A DNA stretch of 56,725 bases from an uncultured virus (IMG/VR IMGVR_UViG_3300043570_003132) (IMGVR_UViG_3300043570_003132:62001-118725); one strand, 5' to 3'; positions 45,430-56,725 are shown, counted from the first letter of the stretch. Numbers and translations: made by a program. Notes: generated by a model from the letters alone, not told the origin.

Positions 45430-46749
45430 TTAATCACAAGGACAAGTTACGTTTGTAAATGATGAGAAGTATATTGCTGATGGATAGTTTGTTGCCATAT
45501 AAGCACTATCTTTATTCGTGTCTATTCTTGAACAACATTCACTATTTATCGTCACAAAACTTAAATTACCCGCACTATAATCTACATAATATATTGCTGT
45601 TAAATCACATCTCTCATACACATCATATGTTTGCGGTGTAGGAGTTGGTGGTAAAGGGGTTGAAGTTGGTGGTGCTCCTGAACAAGCTGTACAAGCTGTT
45701 TGTGCTGTTCCTGTTTGTGCCGAACCATCTCTCATAAATTCTCTTTCATCCGTACCATCAGAAACCCAAAACGTGTCATTAACTATCATATCACCATATA
45801 CGTTACCATACATTGTGGAAGATAAACCTTTTACTTTTGTTAAATTACATAAAGACGTACCTACAACCGTAATATTAACATTACTATATTCACCACCAGT
45901 ACATGCTGTTGGTCCGTTAACTAAACTAACATAACCACTAAACGTAGTTTCAAATGGAGTTGGTTGTGGTGTTGCAGTTGCCGGTAAAGGAGTTGGTGTT
46001 GTAGGACAACTACAAGATGTTGCACTATAATTTATAAATGAAATAGTTGCACCAACTTGGGATAATGAACCATATTGCAAACAATCGTTTATTACTTGTG
46101 GTCCAATACCAAATGTTAAATAAATTGTCTCACCGCAACAATCAATATATCTAATATCACCAGCACTATCAACTTCAAATCCTACAGATATTACACACTC
46201 AGGTGTTGGGGTTGGGGTTACAGTTGCCGGTAATGGGGTTACAGTTGCCGGTAATGGGGTTACAGTTGCTGGTAATGGGGTTACAGTTGCTGGTAATGGG
46301 GTTACAGTTGCTGGTAATGGGGTTACTGTTGCCGGTAATGGTGTTACTGTTGGTGTATTTGTGGGAGTTGCCGTTGGTACAACTGTTGGTGTGGGAGTTG
46401 GTGTGGGAGTTGGTGTAGTCGGCATTCTTATTGTTAAATTATTATAATCAACACATTCAACACATATAACAGGGTCACCATCTTTTCCATTAAATTCTGA
46501 TGGTACCACTCTAATTGTTTTTATTCCCTCCGGAACAACTACATATGTACCATTTAAACTTGATCTTGGAATATTGGAATATCCAACTAAAGGAAAATAT
46601 TTTGACGAGTCAGATCCTGAAAGGGATCCTGTACATAAAGATCCTGAATTATTAGTACAATCATCTAAACTACCTGTACAAGCATATAAATCAACATTTA
46701 ATATTGATACACCTAAAGTAAATCCTGTTAATCGTATTGTATATGACAT
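45430..46749 (-). CDS. Pro/Thr-linker modular adhesin-like protein (439 aa)
   Basis: Cys-rich N-domain, PLPATVT repeats and three Cys-paired modules, two of them shared with other genes. Confidence 0.75.
   Translation of the reverse strand: MSYTIRLTGFTLGVSILNVDLYACTGSLDDCTNNSGSLCTGSLSGSDSSKYFPLVGYSNIPRSSLNGTYVVVPEGIKTIRVVPSEFNGKDGDPVICVECVDYNNLTIRMPTTPTPTPTPTPTVVPTATPTNTPTVTPLPATVTPLPATVTPLPATVTPLPATVTPLPATVTPLPATVTPTPTPECVISVGFEVDSAGDIRYIDCCGETIYLTFGIGPQVINDCLQYGSLSQVGATISFINYSATSCSCPTTPTPLPATATPQPTPFETTFSGYVSLVNGPTACTGGEYSNVNITVVGTSLCNLTKVKGLSSTMYGNVYGDMIVNDTFWVSDGTDEREFMRDGSAQTGTAQTACTACSGAPPTSTPLPPTPTPQTYDVYERCDLTAIYYVDYSAGNLSFVTINSECCSRIDTNKDSAYMATNYPSAIYFSSFTNVTCPCD
45682..45957. repeat. 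Dispersed repeat copy 2 of 3991-4266
   Basis: Colinear similarity. Confidence 0.9.
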
Positions 46750-46782
46750 ATTTCTATAAATAGTATTATATACAATTTAAAC

Positions 46783-46810
46783 AAAAAACCCCTTAAAATA
46801 AAGGGGTTTT
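46783..46810 (-). terminator. Rho-independent terminator
   Basis: AAAACCCCTT...AAGGGGTTTT stem with a U-run. Confidence 0.8.
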
Positions 46811-46832
46811 AATATTGTTTTGTTTTTAAATT

Positions 46833-47390
46833 TTATGTTGAGCAAACATTAATGTTCGTTACAAATCCACTTGCTGAAATTTGTCCTGTATATGTTGCAA
46901 ATCCACCGGTTCTATAATAAGCGTGATATTCATCCTCTCCACCATAACCACTTGTTAAACCAGCATCAGTAAAGAATTGTTCTACATTGGCTGCATTATT
47001 TGTTGCTGCAAATACTTCAGTTAAGGGACTTTGAGGTTCTCCACCACTACCAGTAATAGCAGCACAAGCCTGTCCAATATTCGATTGTGTAACTGATGTT
47101 CCTAATTGATATGAATATGATGTTACTACAGGTGTTGGACTCGGAGTAGGTGTTGGGGTTGCGGTTTCCGGCGGCCACGGGATTGTATTAGTACAAGTAC
47201 CTGTACTTGCAATTGTTCCCCCTGTTATAGCATCATTAATACCGGTAATTGTATGACCTGTTGTTAATTGGGCTTTTGTAATACCAGAGGCTAATTCTGA
47301 TACAACGTTAGCATTTGTTGTTCCTGAAATATTAAACGGACCCGCCGAAGTTCCTGACGATCCCGATGTTAATGTAAATGTTACTGTCAT
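46833..47390 (-). CDS. Two-domain Pro/Thr-linker virion protein (185 aa)
   Basis: C-domain SYSYQLG...AC...NVEQFF...C is paralogous to the C-terminal module of the 958- and 1787-aa proteins. Confidence 0.75.
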   Translation of the reverse strand: MTVTFTLTSGSSGTSAGPFNISGTTNANVVSELASGITKAQLTTGHTITGINDAITGGTIASTGTCTNTIPWPPETATPTPTPSPTPVVTSYSYQLGTSVTQSNIGQACAAITGSGGEPQSPLTEVFAATNNAANVEQFFTDAGLTSGYGGEDEYHAYYRTGGFATYTGQISASGFVTNINVCST

Positions 47391-47417
47391 ATTATTTGTT
47401 TCTTTTTATAAATATCT

Positions 47418-47720
47418 GTTTATTTTGTTTTATTTTATTAAGGTGCTTCTGCACAGAATGATTTATTGGATACTATTCCGGTATACGAAATGTTTCCTGA
47501 ATATGGTGTGGCTCCTACACTATTTAAAGAAAACGCATGTGTTTCGTTCTCACCAGTATAAGTAGTTACTAAATTAGGATCTAAAAAGAATTGTTCTACA
47601 TTAAATGGTTGATCTGCTGTTGCATATACTGTAGTGTAGAAATCCATACCGAAATTATCACAAGCCATACTCGATGATGTATAAGATGGTCCTAATTGAT
47701 AAGCATATGATGTTGCAGGT
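47418..47720. repeat. 303-bp dispersed repeat copy 2 of 3452-3754
   Basis: Colinear and near-identical, including the stop codon and 3' flank. Confidence 0.95.
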
Positions 47721-50700
47721 GGTGGTGTATTAGTTGGTGTTGGTGTTGCCTCCTCCGGTACAGGTGTTGCTGTTGCTGGTAATGGTGTTGCGGGTATTGG
47801 TGTTGCTGTTGCTGGTAATGGTGTCGCCGTTGCCGGTACAGGTGTTGCCGTTGCAGGTAATGGCGTTGGTGTTGGACAACTTACACAACCCTCTTGTGGA
47901 TAAGCTCTATTTGTTGATCCCGATTTTTGATAATATCTTGATTGTCCGAATCCTTCACTTAACCAAAAATACCCGTTTGGATCGATTTCTGCTTGAATAA
48001 TACCACCTTCTATATAACTATTTGCGTCACACATTGTTCCATAAAATCCATTAAATTGGTATGCAAAATATGGTGTAAAACTTCCACCATTACATGCATC
48101 ATAACCACTATCTAAACTAATATAAGCGGTAAACGATGTTGCAGGTATTGGTGTTGCTGTTGCTGGTAATGGTGTCACAGTTGCTGGTAATGGTGTCACA
48201 GTTGCTGGTAATGGTGTCACAGTTGCTGGTAATGGTGTTGGTGTATTAGTTGCAGGTTGAGCACATAATGAACTACAACTTGTAACACCTAATGCAAACA
48301 TAGTTGTTAATAAAGCAATCTGTGGAGTTGTTGAATTAACGACCTGAAATATATAACCTGTTTCAGGGTCTAATCTAAACCTTGCGTTTAACACTAATTC
48401 TATATCATTAGCAATAACAATAGTTTCAACATATTCACAACTACCATTTTGTAAACATTGATATCTATCCGCCTCATAATAGAAATTAGGGTCAGGTGTT
48501 GGTGTTACTGTTGGTACATTAGTTGGTATATTGGTTGGTATATTGGTTGGTATATTGGTTGGTACGTTAGTTGGTATATTGGTTGGTTCTGGTGTATTAG
48601 TTGGAACCGCCGTTGGTATTGCCGTTGGTACGTTAGTTGGTACATTAGTTGGTATATTGGTTGGTATATTGGTTGGTACTGCTGTTGGTACGTTAGTTGG
48701 TAATGGTGTTGGTGTGCTGTAGATAACATCAACATCAACATTAAAGTTACAATCTGGCGTTGGAGTTGGAGTTGGTGTTGTAGTGTTAGTAGGTGTTGGG
48801 GTTGGTGTATTTGTTGCTGGTAATGGTGTAGGGGTTGGTGTATTTGTTGCGGATTCCGGTAATGGTGTTGGAGTATTTGTATTTGTTGGTGTAGGAGTTG
48901 GTGTACTATAGATAACATCAACATCAACATTAAAATTACAATCTGGTGTTGGAGTTGCGGTATTTGTTGGTGTTGGAGTTGCGGTATTTGTTGGTGTTGG
49001 AGTTGGGGTACTATAGATAACATCAACATCAACATTAAAATTACAATCTGGTGTTGGTGTAGGTGTTGCAGTGTTAGTAGGTGTAGGAGTTGGTGTACTA
49101 TATACGACTAAGACATCAACATTAAAGTTACAATCTGGTGTTGGGGTTGGTGTTGCAGTGGATGTTGGGGTTGGTGTTGGGGTACTATAAAATATTTCTA
49201 CGTCAACAGCAAACTCACAATTTGGTGTGGCTGTTGGGGTTGGTGTTGGAGTTGGAGTGCTAGTAACAACTAAAACATCGACTAAGAAATTACAATTTGG
49301 TGTTGGGGTTGGAGTAGGTGTTGGGGTGCTAGTAACAACTAAAACATCGACTAAGAAATTACAATTTGGTGTTGGGGTTGGAGTAGGTGTATTTGTTGCA
49401 GGTGATGCAGTTACTGTTGGTGTTGGGGTGGAAGGTAATGGTGTTGCAGTTGCAGGTAATGGTGTTGGTGTTGGTGAAGGAGTTGTGGTAGGTGTTGCGG
49501 TTGGTGTTGGTGTGTTTGTTGGAGTTGGTGTTGGTCCTGGCTCATATATCGCTAATCCTCCACTAAATCTACAATCTTTTACATCATTTTGACCAATTGA
49601 CACATATCCATAATCTAAATAATTTTTTACTGTACAATCATTTGGGCCATATTTGTAAGACGTAAATTTAATTTTTTCACGTCCTTCATTATCTATGAAA
49701 ATTTCATATGATAGTATTTTTTGTTTTGTTGTTCCCGTAATTGATGAATTACCAATTTCAGTTCCATATTGTGTATTTTTACCTTCTCCATCTATAGTTG
49801 ATCCAGAATAGGTGTTAATATATGTAATTGTATTTTGTATCGCCCTTTTCCACAATATTTTTAATTGTGTGTCGTATGATAAATCATTATAATCTACAAG
49901 ATCATTAGTGGTACCTCCACTATATAAATTAATACTAACACCATCCGTTGTTATAGTATTGTCATTATTAATTATTGTTGTTCCAGTTAATGAGGTGGCA
50001 CCACTTATTAAAACATATGTACATCCCGTTACATTTGTATTCCAAGTATCTGTCTTCCAAGTACCTGTAGTTTCATAAAGACGAGTATATATTGTACCTG
50101 ATGTTGGATTACTTGTATTATTGTTTGAACTTTTTAATACTCTAAAATTAATACTTTCTGAATCGTAAATAGTATGGGTTGAACCAGATGATATAATTTC
50201 ATCAAACGAATCTTTATTTAATGCAGATATATTACCTGGATCTGTCATACCAGAATAAACTTTACCGTCAATTTCAAATACCGGATAAAGTTTAACATAA
50301 CCGTCAAATTTCGTTTCTCCAGATTCATCATTTTCAATACTAAATCCAAGCTCATTGTCCGCCTGTTTTATTAAATAACCAAAATAACTTGTATATCCTG
50401 TTGGTATTTCTAAATCAAAATTAATATGGTCTTCCGTTTCTGTAGGTTGGCATCCATATCTATATTGATATTTTGATCTACCAAAAATATTATTTGAAAT
50501 TAAATTACCTCCAGTCCATAAAGTTGTTGCAGGAATAATTTGATCAATAACACTTGTCCAATAAGGACTCATTTTTTCAATAAACAAATTAACATCGGGA
50601 AAACTATATGGTGTGAAATCTGTATGTGATATGTAATCTTGATAGATGTCCTCTAATGTAATATAATTCTTCTTATATTTTATTAAATTAGAATTTTTAA

Positions 50701-52801
50701 TTTGTTGATGTATCATTAAATCAACATACTCAGCAAATGTTACTCCTGTTTGTGGTGTTAAACTATTTGTACCGAATGTTGTACCTGTTGTACCAAAGTC
50801 TCTTGATTTACGATATATGTCATAATCAACCGCTTGTGCTGACGATAAATAAACTTCAATATTTTTTCTATTTAATAATAAACCAGAATTATCATTAAGA
50901 TTTTCTGTTTGATTGTTATCGATAATATTTTTTAATTTATATCCTGAGTCTAATCCTGGCAATTTTCTATAAACGTCAAAATAATCTTCACCATATGTGT
51001 ATGCACTATTTTTAGTAACAATATTTTTAGTTCTTCCTGTTACCGTTGAATTATCGATATCAATCACTAATGGTGATTTATGATCTGTAGTATTATCATA
51101 CCAACCAGATCCTTTTTGGAAAAAATATTCTGTTGATCCCGTAATTCCTTTAGGTAATAACGTATCTCCATTAACGGGATAATTTTCAGAATTAAATGTT
51201 GTTGTACCTGTAGTTATACCAGTATAATATCTATATGGAAGATATGTTACACCATTAATAGTTCCACCTGTTGGTAAGAATATTCCTGTTTTGTAAATTT
51301 TAGTTCCCGATATAACATCATAAATGTCACCTTTTAAATCAAATGATTTAGGTAAAGATATTACCTTGTAAACGTATTGATTAATTTTAATCATTGGTTC
51401 GGGTGCACCTAAAAATCTTAAAAAGAATTCTAAAGATTGTCTTGTACCTTTTGATTTATAAATGTAAGCCAAGTTAACTAACAACCTTCTATAAAATTCA
51501 TATTCGGCATCTATTAAAGACGTTCCCGATACTAATCCAGAATATTGTTGTGATGTCTTAGTGTATAATAATTCATCTAAACCTTTCTCATCAATTAAGT
51601 TAATTGTATCTAATCCTAAAGTATTCGCTAAATTCTTTAACAATACATCGGGTACGTTATTAATACCGTCATAACTTACATTTCTCATGTAAGCAATATT
51701 ATCAATATATTTTTTTACACTATCAAAACTTTGTCCATATAATTGAAATAATGATTCGGCCTTTTTATCGGGACTATCAAATTCAAACAATTGAGGTGAT
51801 GTTAAAAACCTAACAAATAAGTTAGATTTATAATCATCAATTTCATCTGCTATGTTACTTAAATTTGTTAAATAACTATCATATTCTAAACCTGTAATTT
51901 TAATGTTCCAATCTTCCTTATCGGATAACGGCCAACTATAATTTACTGAAATTAATTCGGTTTTTGTTTCATCAAAACTATCTCTTGGAACTTTGAAACT
52001 TGAGGTGTACTTTGGAAAACTATCTCTATTTAATAAACTTTCCTCTAAATCATCTAAACCTTTAAAGAACTCTTCAATAACACCATCATTTGGTTTAATT
52101 AATATATTTTCAGAAAACCCCGTTAAGTTACCAAATGGTTTACCACTTACCTTTAATGAAATTATATTATCACTATTAGGTTCAATATATGAAATTACAT
52201 CATAGGTTTTTCCACTTATTGAAATTAAATAATTTTTAAAAGAAGTGTAAAAATCTCTGTTTTTATTAATTGAAGGTAATATGGTATTACTTTTCGGTGT
52301 GACCATAACAATCGAAAATGGATTGTATAGTTTACTATATTCAACTTGAAACTGAGTGGTATTACTTATATTATCGTATGTAATATTATTAGCGGTAAAA
52401 TTCGTTACTTTAATTAAACTATTAGAATCAATCAAAATAGCCGCCGGAAAATTATTAATTATATTAGTTGTCGCAACACCTAGTCTACTTTTTAATGATC
52501 CAAATAAAGATTTAGCGGCATCATTTTTAGAACCTTTAAATTTTATTTCTTTATTTTTACTTGCGGTACCACTCGTAGTTGTACTTGAAGTTTGTCCTTT
52601 TAAATCATCTAATGTTAAAAAATTAGAAAACGGATTTGTTTTAAAATTCTTTGTATCTCTTTGTATTACCTCACTATCTAACGCAAAGTTCGTATTAGTC
52701 AACTGACCGGTACCCGTGGTAATTTGATTACCAACTAGGTTGTCACTGAATGTATCGGCACCACTTGCAGCTTGACTTGGAATTTTACGTAATTTTGCCA
52801 T
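47438..52801 (-). CDS. Large baseplate/tail structural protein with Pro/Thr modular C-terminal extension (1787 aa)
   Basis: [13 protein letters not shown]...[14 protein letters not shown] resembles P2 gpI-like baseplate domains; seven CxFxVDV strand repeats; terminal Cys modules. Confidence 0.7.
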   Translation of the reverse strand: MAKLRKIPSQAASGADTFSDNLVGNQITTGTGQLTNTNFALDSEVIQRDTKNFKTNPFSNFLTLDDLKGQTSSTTTSGTASKNKEIKFKGSKNDAAKSLFGSLKSRLGVATTNIINNFPAAILIDSNSLIKVTNFTANNITYDNISNTTQFQVEYSKLYNPFSIVMVTPKSNTILPSINKNRDFYTSFKNYLISISGKTYDVISYIEPNSDNIISLKVSGKPFGNLTGFSENILIKPNDGVIEEFFKGLDDLEESLLNRDSFPKYTSSFKVPRDSFDETKTELISVNYSWPLSDKEDWNIKITGLEYDSYLTNLSNIADEIDDYKSNLFVRFLTSPQLFEFDSPDKKAESLFQLYGQSFDSVKKYIDNIAYMRNVSYDGINNVPDVLLKNLANTLGLDTINLIDEKGLDELLYTKTSQQYSGLVSGTSLIDAEYEFYRRLLVNLAYIYKSKGTRQSLEFFLRFLGAPEPMIKINQYVYKVISLPKSFDLKGDIYDVISGTKIYKTGIFLPTGGTINGVTYLPYRYYTGITTGTTTFNSENYPVNGDTLLPKGITGSTEYFFQKGSGWYDNTTDHKSPLVIDIDNSTVTGRTKNIVTKNSAYTYGEDYFDVYRKLPGLDSGYKLKNIIDNNQTENLNDNSGLLLNRKNIEVYLSSAQAVDYDIYRKSRDFGTTGTTFGTNSLTPQTGVTFAEYVDLMIHQQIKNSNLIKYKKNYITLEDIYQDYISHTDFTPYSFPDVNLFIEKMSPYWTSVIDQIIPATTLWTGGNLISNNIFGRSKYQYRYGCQPTETEDHINFDLEIPTGYTSYFGYLIKQADNELGFSIENDESGETKFDGYVKLYPVFEIDGKVYSGMTDPGNISALNKDSFDEIISSGSTHTIYDSESINFRVLKSSNNNTSNPTSGTIYTRLYETTGTWKTDTWNTNVTGCTYVLISGATSLTGTTIINNDNTITTDGVSINLYSGGTTNDLVDYNDLSYDTQLKILWKRAIQNTITYINTYSGSTIDGEGKNTQYGTEIGNSSITGTTKQKILSYEIFIDNEGREKIKFTSYKYGPNDCTVKNYLDYGYVSIGQNDVKDCRFSGGLAIYEPGPTPTPTNTPTPTATPTTTPSPTPTPLPATATPLPSTPTPTVTASPATNTPTPTPTPNCNFLVDVLVVTSTPTPTPTPTPNCNFLVDVLVVTSTPTPTPTPTATPNCEFAVDVEIFYSTPTPTPTSTATPTPTPDCNFNVDVLVVYSTPTPTPTNTATPTPTPDCNFNVDVDVIYSTPTPTPTNTATPTPTNTATPTPDCNFNVDVDVIYSTPTPTPTNTNTPTPLPESATNTPTPTPLPATNTPTPTPTNTTTPTPTPTPDCNFNVDVDVIYSTPTPLPTNVPTAVPTNIPTNIPTNVPTNVPTAIPTAVPTNTPEPTNIPTNVPTNIPTNIPTNIPTNVPTVTPTPDPNFYYEADRYQCLQNGSCEYVETIVIANDIELVLNARFRLDPETGYIFQVVNSTTPQIALLTTMFALGVTSCSSLCAQPATNTPTPLPATVTPLPATVTPLPATVTPLPATATPIPATSFTAYISLDSGYDACNGGSFTPYFAYQFNGFYGTMCDANSYIEGGIIQAEIDPNGYFWLSEGFGQSRYYQKSGSTNRAYPQEGCVSCPTPTPLPATATPVPATATPLPATATPIPATPLPATATPVPEEATPTPTNTPPPATSYAYQLGPSYTSSSMACDNFGMDFYTTVYATADQPFNVEQFFLDPNLVTTYTGENETHAFSLNSVGATPYSGNISYTGIVSNKSFCAEAP

Positions 52802-53712
52802 TAGATATTAGTGATTGTATCAAAGTTTAAAGTTTCATCAATATCATTACGGTTTTCTCTAACCTCATATAGAGTTTCGTTAAAGTCGTCTTTAATTTCA
52901 AATAAGTTATATTGTTTATAGATGTTATTATCTTTATCGTAAATTGTGTAAATACCTGGAGTAACCGCCTTAGTTTGATTACCGTAAAGGGCATTTGCAA
53001 GTGTTGACGCATCATGTTCAACCATATCAATTTCGATAGTTGTTGGGTTCATATATGTATTTGATAAAATAACCATTTGACCTGGACTACCGATAAATGG
53101 AACCGTGTTTGGTTTATTCGATGGTGCTGACGATGGTGTAATTGTTAAAAACATAAAGTTTGTTGCACCTTCACTATATTGATATCTTACCGACTTTTGT
53201 GTTGAACTATTTAGATTCGCAGTAACAGGTGTACAATAAAAAGAAGATGTAACAATTTTATAGAAATTTGGTGTTTTTTGTTTGTTATTAGAATTTATAT
53301 ATTCAATCCTATATCCCACTAAACCTTGTGGTGTAAATTTATTTCTATCTTCAGACTTAACATTTGATAAATCCAAGATTAGTCCTCTTACTGATGGTAA
53401 TGATGCTAAAACACCACAATCCATAATTGTTGTTCTAATTTGTTTTGGTCTGATATGAAGTGTGTATATTCCTAAATCGGGAAAATCTACCGCATTTAAT
53501 TTAAGGTTATATAAACCTCCTAAAATTTCCACACCGCTTTCTCCACCGGTATTTCCGTTGTGTAAAATTGGTGTTAAAACCTGATTTGGTGTTAACTTTT
53601 TTAAGGTTGTTATTGACGTCGAGATTCTATTTGGTGCATAATGATATAGAATTTCTACATCATCAGGTGATATATCCGCCGGTCTAACTATTCCATATGA
53701 TCCTACTGCCAT
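52801..53712 (-). CDS. Virion structural protein (303 aa), function unknown
   Basis: ORF in the structural operon, preceded by TATTTATA, 1-bp overlap with the next gene. Confidence 0.7.
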   Translation of the reverse strand: MAVGSYGIVRPADISPDDVEILYHYAPNRISTSITTLKKLTPNQVLTPILHNGNTGGESGVEILGGLYNLKLNAVDFPDLGIYTLHIRPKQIRTTIMDCGVLASLPSVRGLILDLSNVKSEDRNKFTPQGLVGYRIEYINSNNKQKTPNFYKIVTSSFYCTPVTANLNSSTQKSVRYQYSEGATNFMFLTITPSSAPSNKPNTVPFIGSPGQMVILSNTYMNPTTIEIDMVEHDASTLANALYGNQTKAVTPGIYTIYDKDNNIYKQYNLFEIKDDFNETLYEVRENRNDIDETLNFDTITNI

Positions 53713-53736
53713 ATTCTTTTATTATAAATATAAATC

Positions 53737-55164
53737 TTATTGTTTTTTAACTTTAAAAAATCCATTTCCATAAACATCTAACTCACTCATGTTGTCAATT
53801 TCACCCAATCTTAGGTTAACCTCCATGACACCTTGACGTCCTCTTTCCACAAAAATGTCAGAATATACTGTTGGGTCATCTATAAAACCTAAAAAATGTT
53901 CGTTTCTTGTTAACATATGATTTATTACGTATTCTGTGTCATATTGAGTTGTGTTTCCGATTGTTGTAAGGTATGGAACGGTGTTTATTGTATTTCCCGT
54001 TATTTCATATGTGTAACCACTAGTTGGTCCAAATCTATAGTTTGGAACACTACCCGTGATCATTGTATATCCATCTGCTAAGTCCATATAATATAAACTT
54101 CCGCTGTCATTAGGTAAAGTGTAACCAGAGTATAGTGAACCTGAAAATAAACCTGTTGTGTAAGATGATGTACTCACGGTACTTTCACCATATTTTCGTA
54201 ATTCACCTATTCTACTAATACCTATTGCCATAAATTTAAATGGCTTGGTGGGTGTTGCAGTATATCCTGTGTTAGAATAATCATAATCATTTAAATAATT
54301 TTGATAGTTACTTCCTGTGTAATAAATGTTACCAGGTAGGGTAAAACCGGTGGAGGTTCCTAATACATTATCTATTGTAACACCTGTTGATATTGTTATA
54401 TTTTTTATTATTTTTTCTTTATTCCAAGGAGAATCTAATGATAATGTTAATGTATAACTACCCGTTGTATTTCCCGTTACCGTTGGATATGTGTGTCCCG
54501 AATTTGGGAAATTAGAATATAATACTCCACTATTAACAGTTAACCCTGATGTATATCCATCTCCCCAATCAATTGTAAATTCTTGATCAACAATTTTTCT
54601 TAATTTATTTGGGTTTACCGTATTATAAACCGTAACAACTGAACCTGATTGTTTATAAGTAAAATTTATTAATTGTTCGACCTGTTCAATATTACCATCA
54701 AAGGATGACATTACACCCATTTCATCCGCACTTGCTTCAAGTGCAATTGGTACTACATATTCATAACCCGTAAATCCCGTATATAAATTCCAATTATCTC
54801 CATCCCATTTATAATATTTCCCCTTTGTATTATTAATTGCAGTTTGTTCAACTTCTTTCCAATATACACTACCAGATGGTATGTTATTTAAATTACTACC
54901 TGTTAATGATTGATACGTTTTACCACTATAAAATAAAACAACGCTTCCTGTGTATGTAATATCGGGATACCATTTTATGTCACGTACCAAATGTAAACTA
55001 CCTGTCTCATTTGAAGATGGTACCATACCATCTATTGGGACTGATGCGCTATACCAAGATTTCCAATCATTTATTTCTGTATCAAACCAAAAAGTACCAG
55101 TTTCTGAATGTAAATTAACATCAGGTATTTGTCTTTTTAATATGGTATATTCGTTCTTTTTCAT
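53737..55164 (-). CDS. Virion structural protein with CBM5/12-like and PKD-like segments (475 aa)
   Basis: WYPDITY...YSGKTYQS...P...YW (carbohydrate-binding-like) and TIDWGDG...HTY (PKD-like). Confidence 0.6.
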   Translation of the reverse strand: MKKNEYTILKRQIPDVNLHSETGTFWFDTEINDWKSWYSASVPIDGMVPSSNETGSLHLVRDIKWYPDITYTGSVVLFYSGKTYQSLTGSNLNNIPSGSVYWKEVEQTAINNTKGKYYKWDGDNWNLYTGFTGYEYVVPIALEASADEMGVMSSFDGNIEQVEQLINFTYKQSGSVVTVYNTVNPNKLRKIVDQEFTIDWGDGYTSGLTVNSGVLYSNFPNSGHTYPTVTGNTTGSYTLTLSLDSPWNKEKIIKNITISTGVTIDNVLGTSTGFTLPGNIYYTGSNYQNYLNDYDYSNTGYTATPTKPFKFMAIGISRIGELRKYGESTVSTSSYTTGLFSGSLYSGYTLPNDSGSLYYMDLADGYTMITGSVPNYRFGPTSGYTYEITGNTINTVPYLTTIGNTTQYDTEYVINHMLTRNEHFLGFIDDPTVYSDIFVERGRQGVMEVNLRLGEIDNMSELDVYGNGFFKVKKQ

Positions 55165-55168
55165 TTTA

Positions 55169-56725
55169 TTATATTACATCAAATGTTATACTTGCATATT
55201 TTCCATTATCATATGAACTTGTTATTGTGAAATTATAAACTCCTTCACCCAATGTTACATATTGTGTACTGTCAGGTGCTGTTAAAGCTGGCGATGTGGC
55301 ATTTAAAAATATATCACCAGCAACAAAACCACTATTCGAACCACCACTTGTTGTTCCACCAAAAACATTTAAAGTAACTTTTACACTATAACTAGCATAT
55401 ACTGTTAACGTTCCTACCGCATAACCATTATTAGAATATCCTGCATTTGTTGATCCTGTCACACTATATGGTAAAGGAGTTGGTGTATTTGTTGGTGGTA
55501 AAGGAGTTGGTGTTGCGGTTATTGGTCCTGCTGTTGGGGTTTCTGTTGGTGGTAAAGGAGTTGGTGTATTTGTTGGTGGTAAAGGAGTTGGGGTTGGGGT
55601 TGGTGCACATGATATTTCACCATAAAACACGGATGAAATTGATGCAATTACTCCTGATAATGAATTATTTTGAATACAATCATTAATTACTTGTGGTCCA
55701 ATACCAAATGTCTCGATAACTTCGGTACCCTCACAATTAAAATATCTAACAGTTCCACCAAAATCAACATCAAAACTTACTGACGTTACACAAGGACTTT
55801 CTGTAGGTGTTGGGGTTATTGTAGGAATTACTGTGGCCACAGGTGTAGGTGTTGAAGTTGGGAAAGGTGTTGACGTTGGTCTAGGTGTCGCCGTAACTCC
55901 ACCGATAGGTGTTGGAGTTGGGGTTGATACTGGTAATAATACTCCACCTCCTTTTTCGTAGAATGTTATACTATCAGTCGTTGTATAACCTGTGCCTATT
56001 CTACCTAACTTTGTTGTTCCCGTATATCTATATATTTGATACGTTCTTTCATAATGATCAAAATCAATTTGATAATACATATCTTTTTCTTCTGTTATAT
56101 TATAACTTGTTGTTTGACCTGAATTTATAAAATCTAATATCTCACCTCTATCCGCATTGAAAAATTTTGCCGTCATGAAAAATGTATTCATTCCATGATA
56201 AAAATTTCTATTATAGGTTATTTGATTTGGTATTGTAAATGTTTGACCTGTCCAACCAATTAACGTTGTTCCTGTTGTTGGTATATTAACTTGTGTTATT
56301 TCATTATTTTCATTTGTAAATAATATAGTTTGTATTGTAGTTCCAGTTCCAAAAACATATTGATCTAATGTTGTTGTTCCGCTTAAATTTGTGTCGGTTA
56401 AAACACTCTCATTATCAAACCAAAACAAATACATGTTTTCTTTGTTTCGATAATTTGAACCCGTAAAAACAGGTACATATATGTTATACCCATAGTTACT
56501 ACCTGTATGAAAATATTTTTCACCTAAGGGTAATGCTAAATTTTTAGAATTTATTAATCTTCTATTTTGTCTTGTCGGTGGCTCACATGTTAAAACATAA
56601 TTTGTTATACTACCAGGTGTTTTATAAAACTCTAACCTAAAAAAACTTTCAATTGACTGTTTTGTCATCAACTGATTTTCTTGTGTTGATATACCTACAG
56701 GATTATAATCTAAAACATAATTTGG
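55169..56725 (-). CDS. Virion structural protein with Pro/Thr modular extension (5'-truncated by window edge)
   Basis: Frame stays open from 56671 to the window end. Contains the TFGIGPQVINDC module shared with the 439-aa protein. Confidence 0.75.
   Translation of the reverse strand, partial: PNYVLDYNPVGISTQENQLMTKQSIESFFRLEFYKTPGSITNYVLTCEPPTRQNRRLINSKNLALPLGEKYFHTGSNYGYNIYVPVFTGSNYRNKENMYLFWFDNESVLTDTNLSGTTTLDQYVFGTGTTIQTILFTNENNEITQVNIPTTGTTLIGWTGQTFTIPNQITYNRNFYHGMNTFFMTAKFFNADRGEILDFINSGQTTSYNITEEKDMYYQIDFDHYERTYQIYRYTGTTKLGRIGTGYTTTDSITFYEKGGGVLLPVSTPTPTPIGGVTATPRPTSTPFPTSTPTPVATVIPTITPTPTESPCVTSVSFDVDFGGTVRYFNCEGTEVIETFGIGPQVINDCIQNNSLSGVIASISSVFYGEISCAPTPTPTPLPPTNTPTPLPPTETPTAGPITATPTPLPPTNTPTPLPYSVTGSTNAGYSNNGYAVGTLTVYASYSVKVTLNVFGGTTSGGSNSGFVAGDIFLNATSPALTAPDSTQYVTLGEGVYNFTITSSYDNGKYASITFDVI

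Noticed and set aside
1..56725. Stop-codon reassignment as seen in some jumbo and crAss-like phages
   Set aside because: Conserved genes are full length in the standard code with high coding density, and TAG/TGA end genes at sensible positions.

Overview
AT-rich, almost entirely minus-strand, gene-dense fragment of a large (jumbo-type) tailed phage genome in the standard genetic code. The host is probably a Bacteroidota member, inferred from TAnnTTTG promoters, absence of Shine-Dalgarno sites, Bacteroidota-type ClpP/sigma/Hc1-like genes and a Gln-first signal peptide. Layout: (1) 1-19.5 kb, fibre/adhesin genes built from Gly-X-Y Ser/Thr repeats or Pro-Thr linkers carrying Cys-paired tip modules. 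(2) 19.5-25.6 kb, glutaredoxin, thioredoxin, AAA ATPase, NusG, D12-class adenine MTase, Hc1-like protein and small hypotheticals. (3) 25.6-34.2 kb, Glu-rich putative head proteins, amidase-like and membrane/spanin-like genes, sigma-70 and ClpP. (4) 34.2-43.3 kb, replication/recombination genes (SbcC, SbcD, PD-(D/E)XK nuclease, primase, RuvC-like) interrupted by a type II R-M-like pair. (5) 43.3-56.7 kb, baseplate/tail structural genes with further Pro-Thr modular extensions. Most notable: a combinatorial virion adhesin system in which near-identical DNA modules are shared by genes 42-44 kb apart, with repeated Cys-beta-strand motifs that may be docking sites; a likely programmed -1 frameshift at an A10 run; a candidate ~70-nt sRNA; a repeated intergenic motif; triple UAYAUA-loop hairpins over a fibre start codon; and a TATTTATA late-promoter-like motif. 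All functional calls come from motif recognition by eye; no database searches were run.
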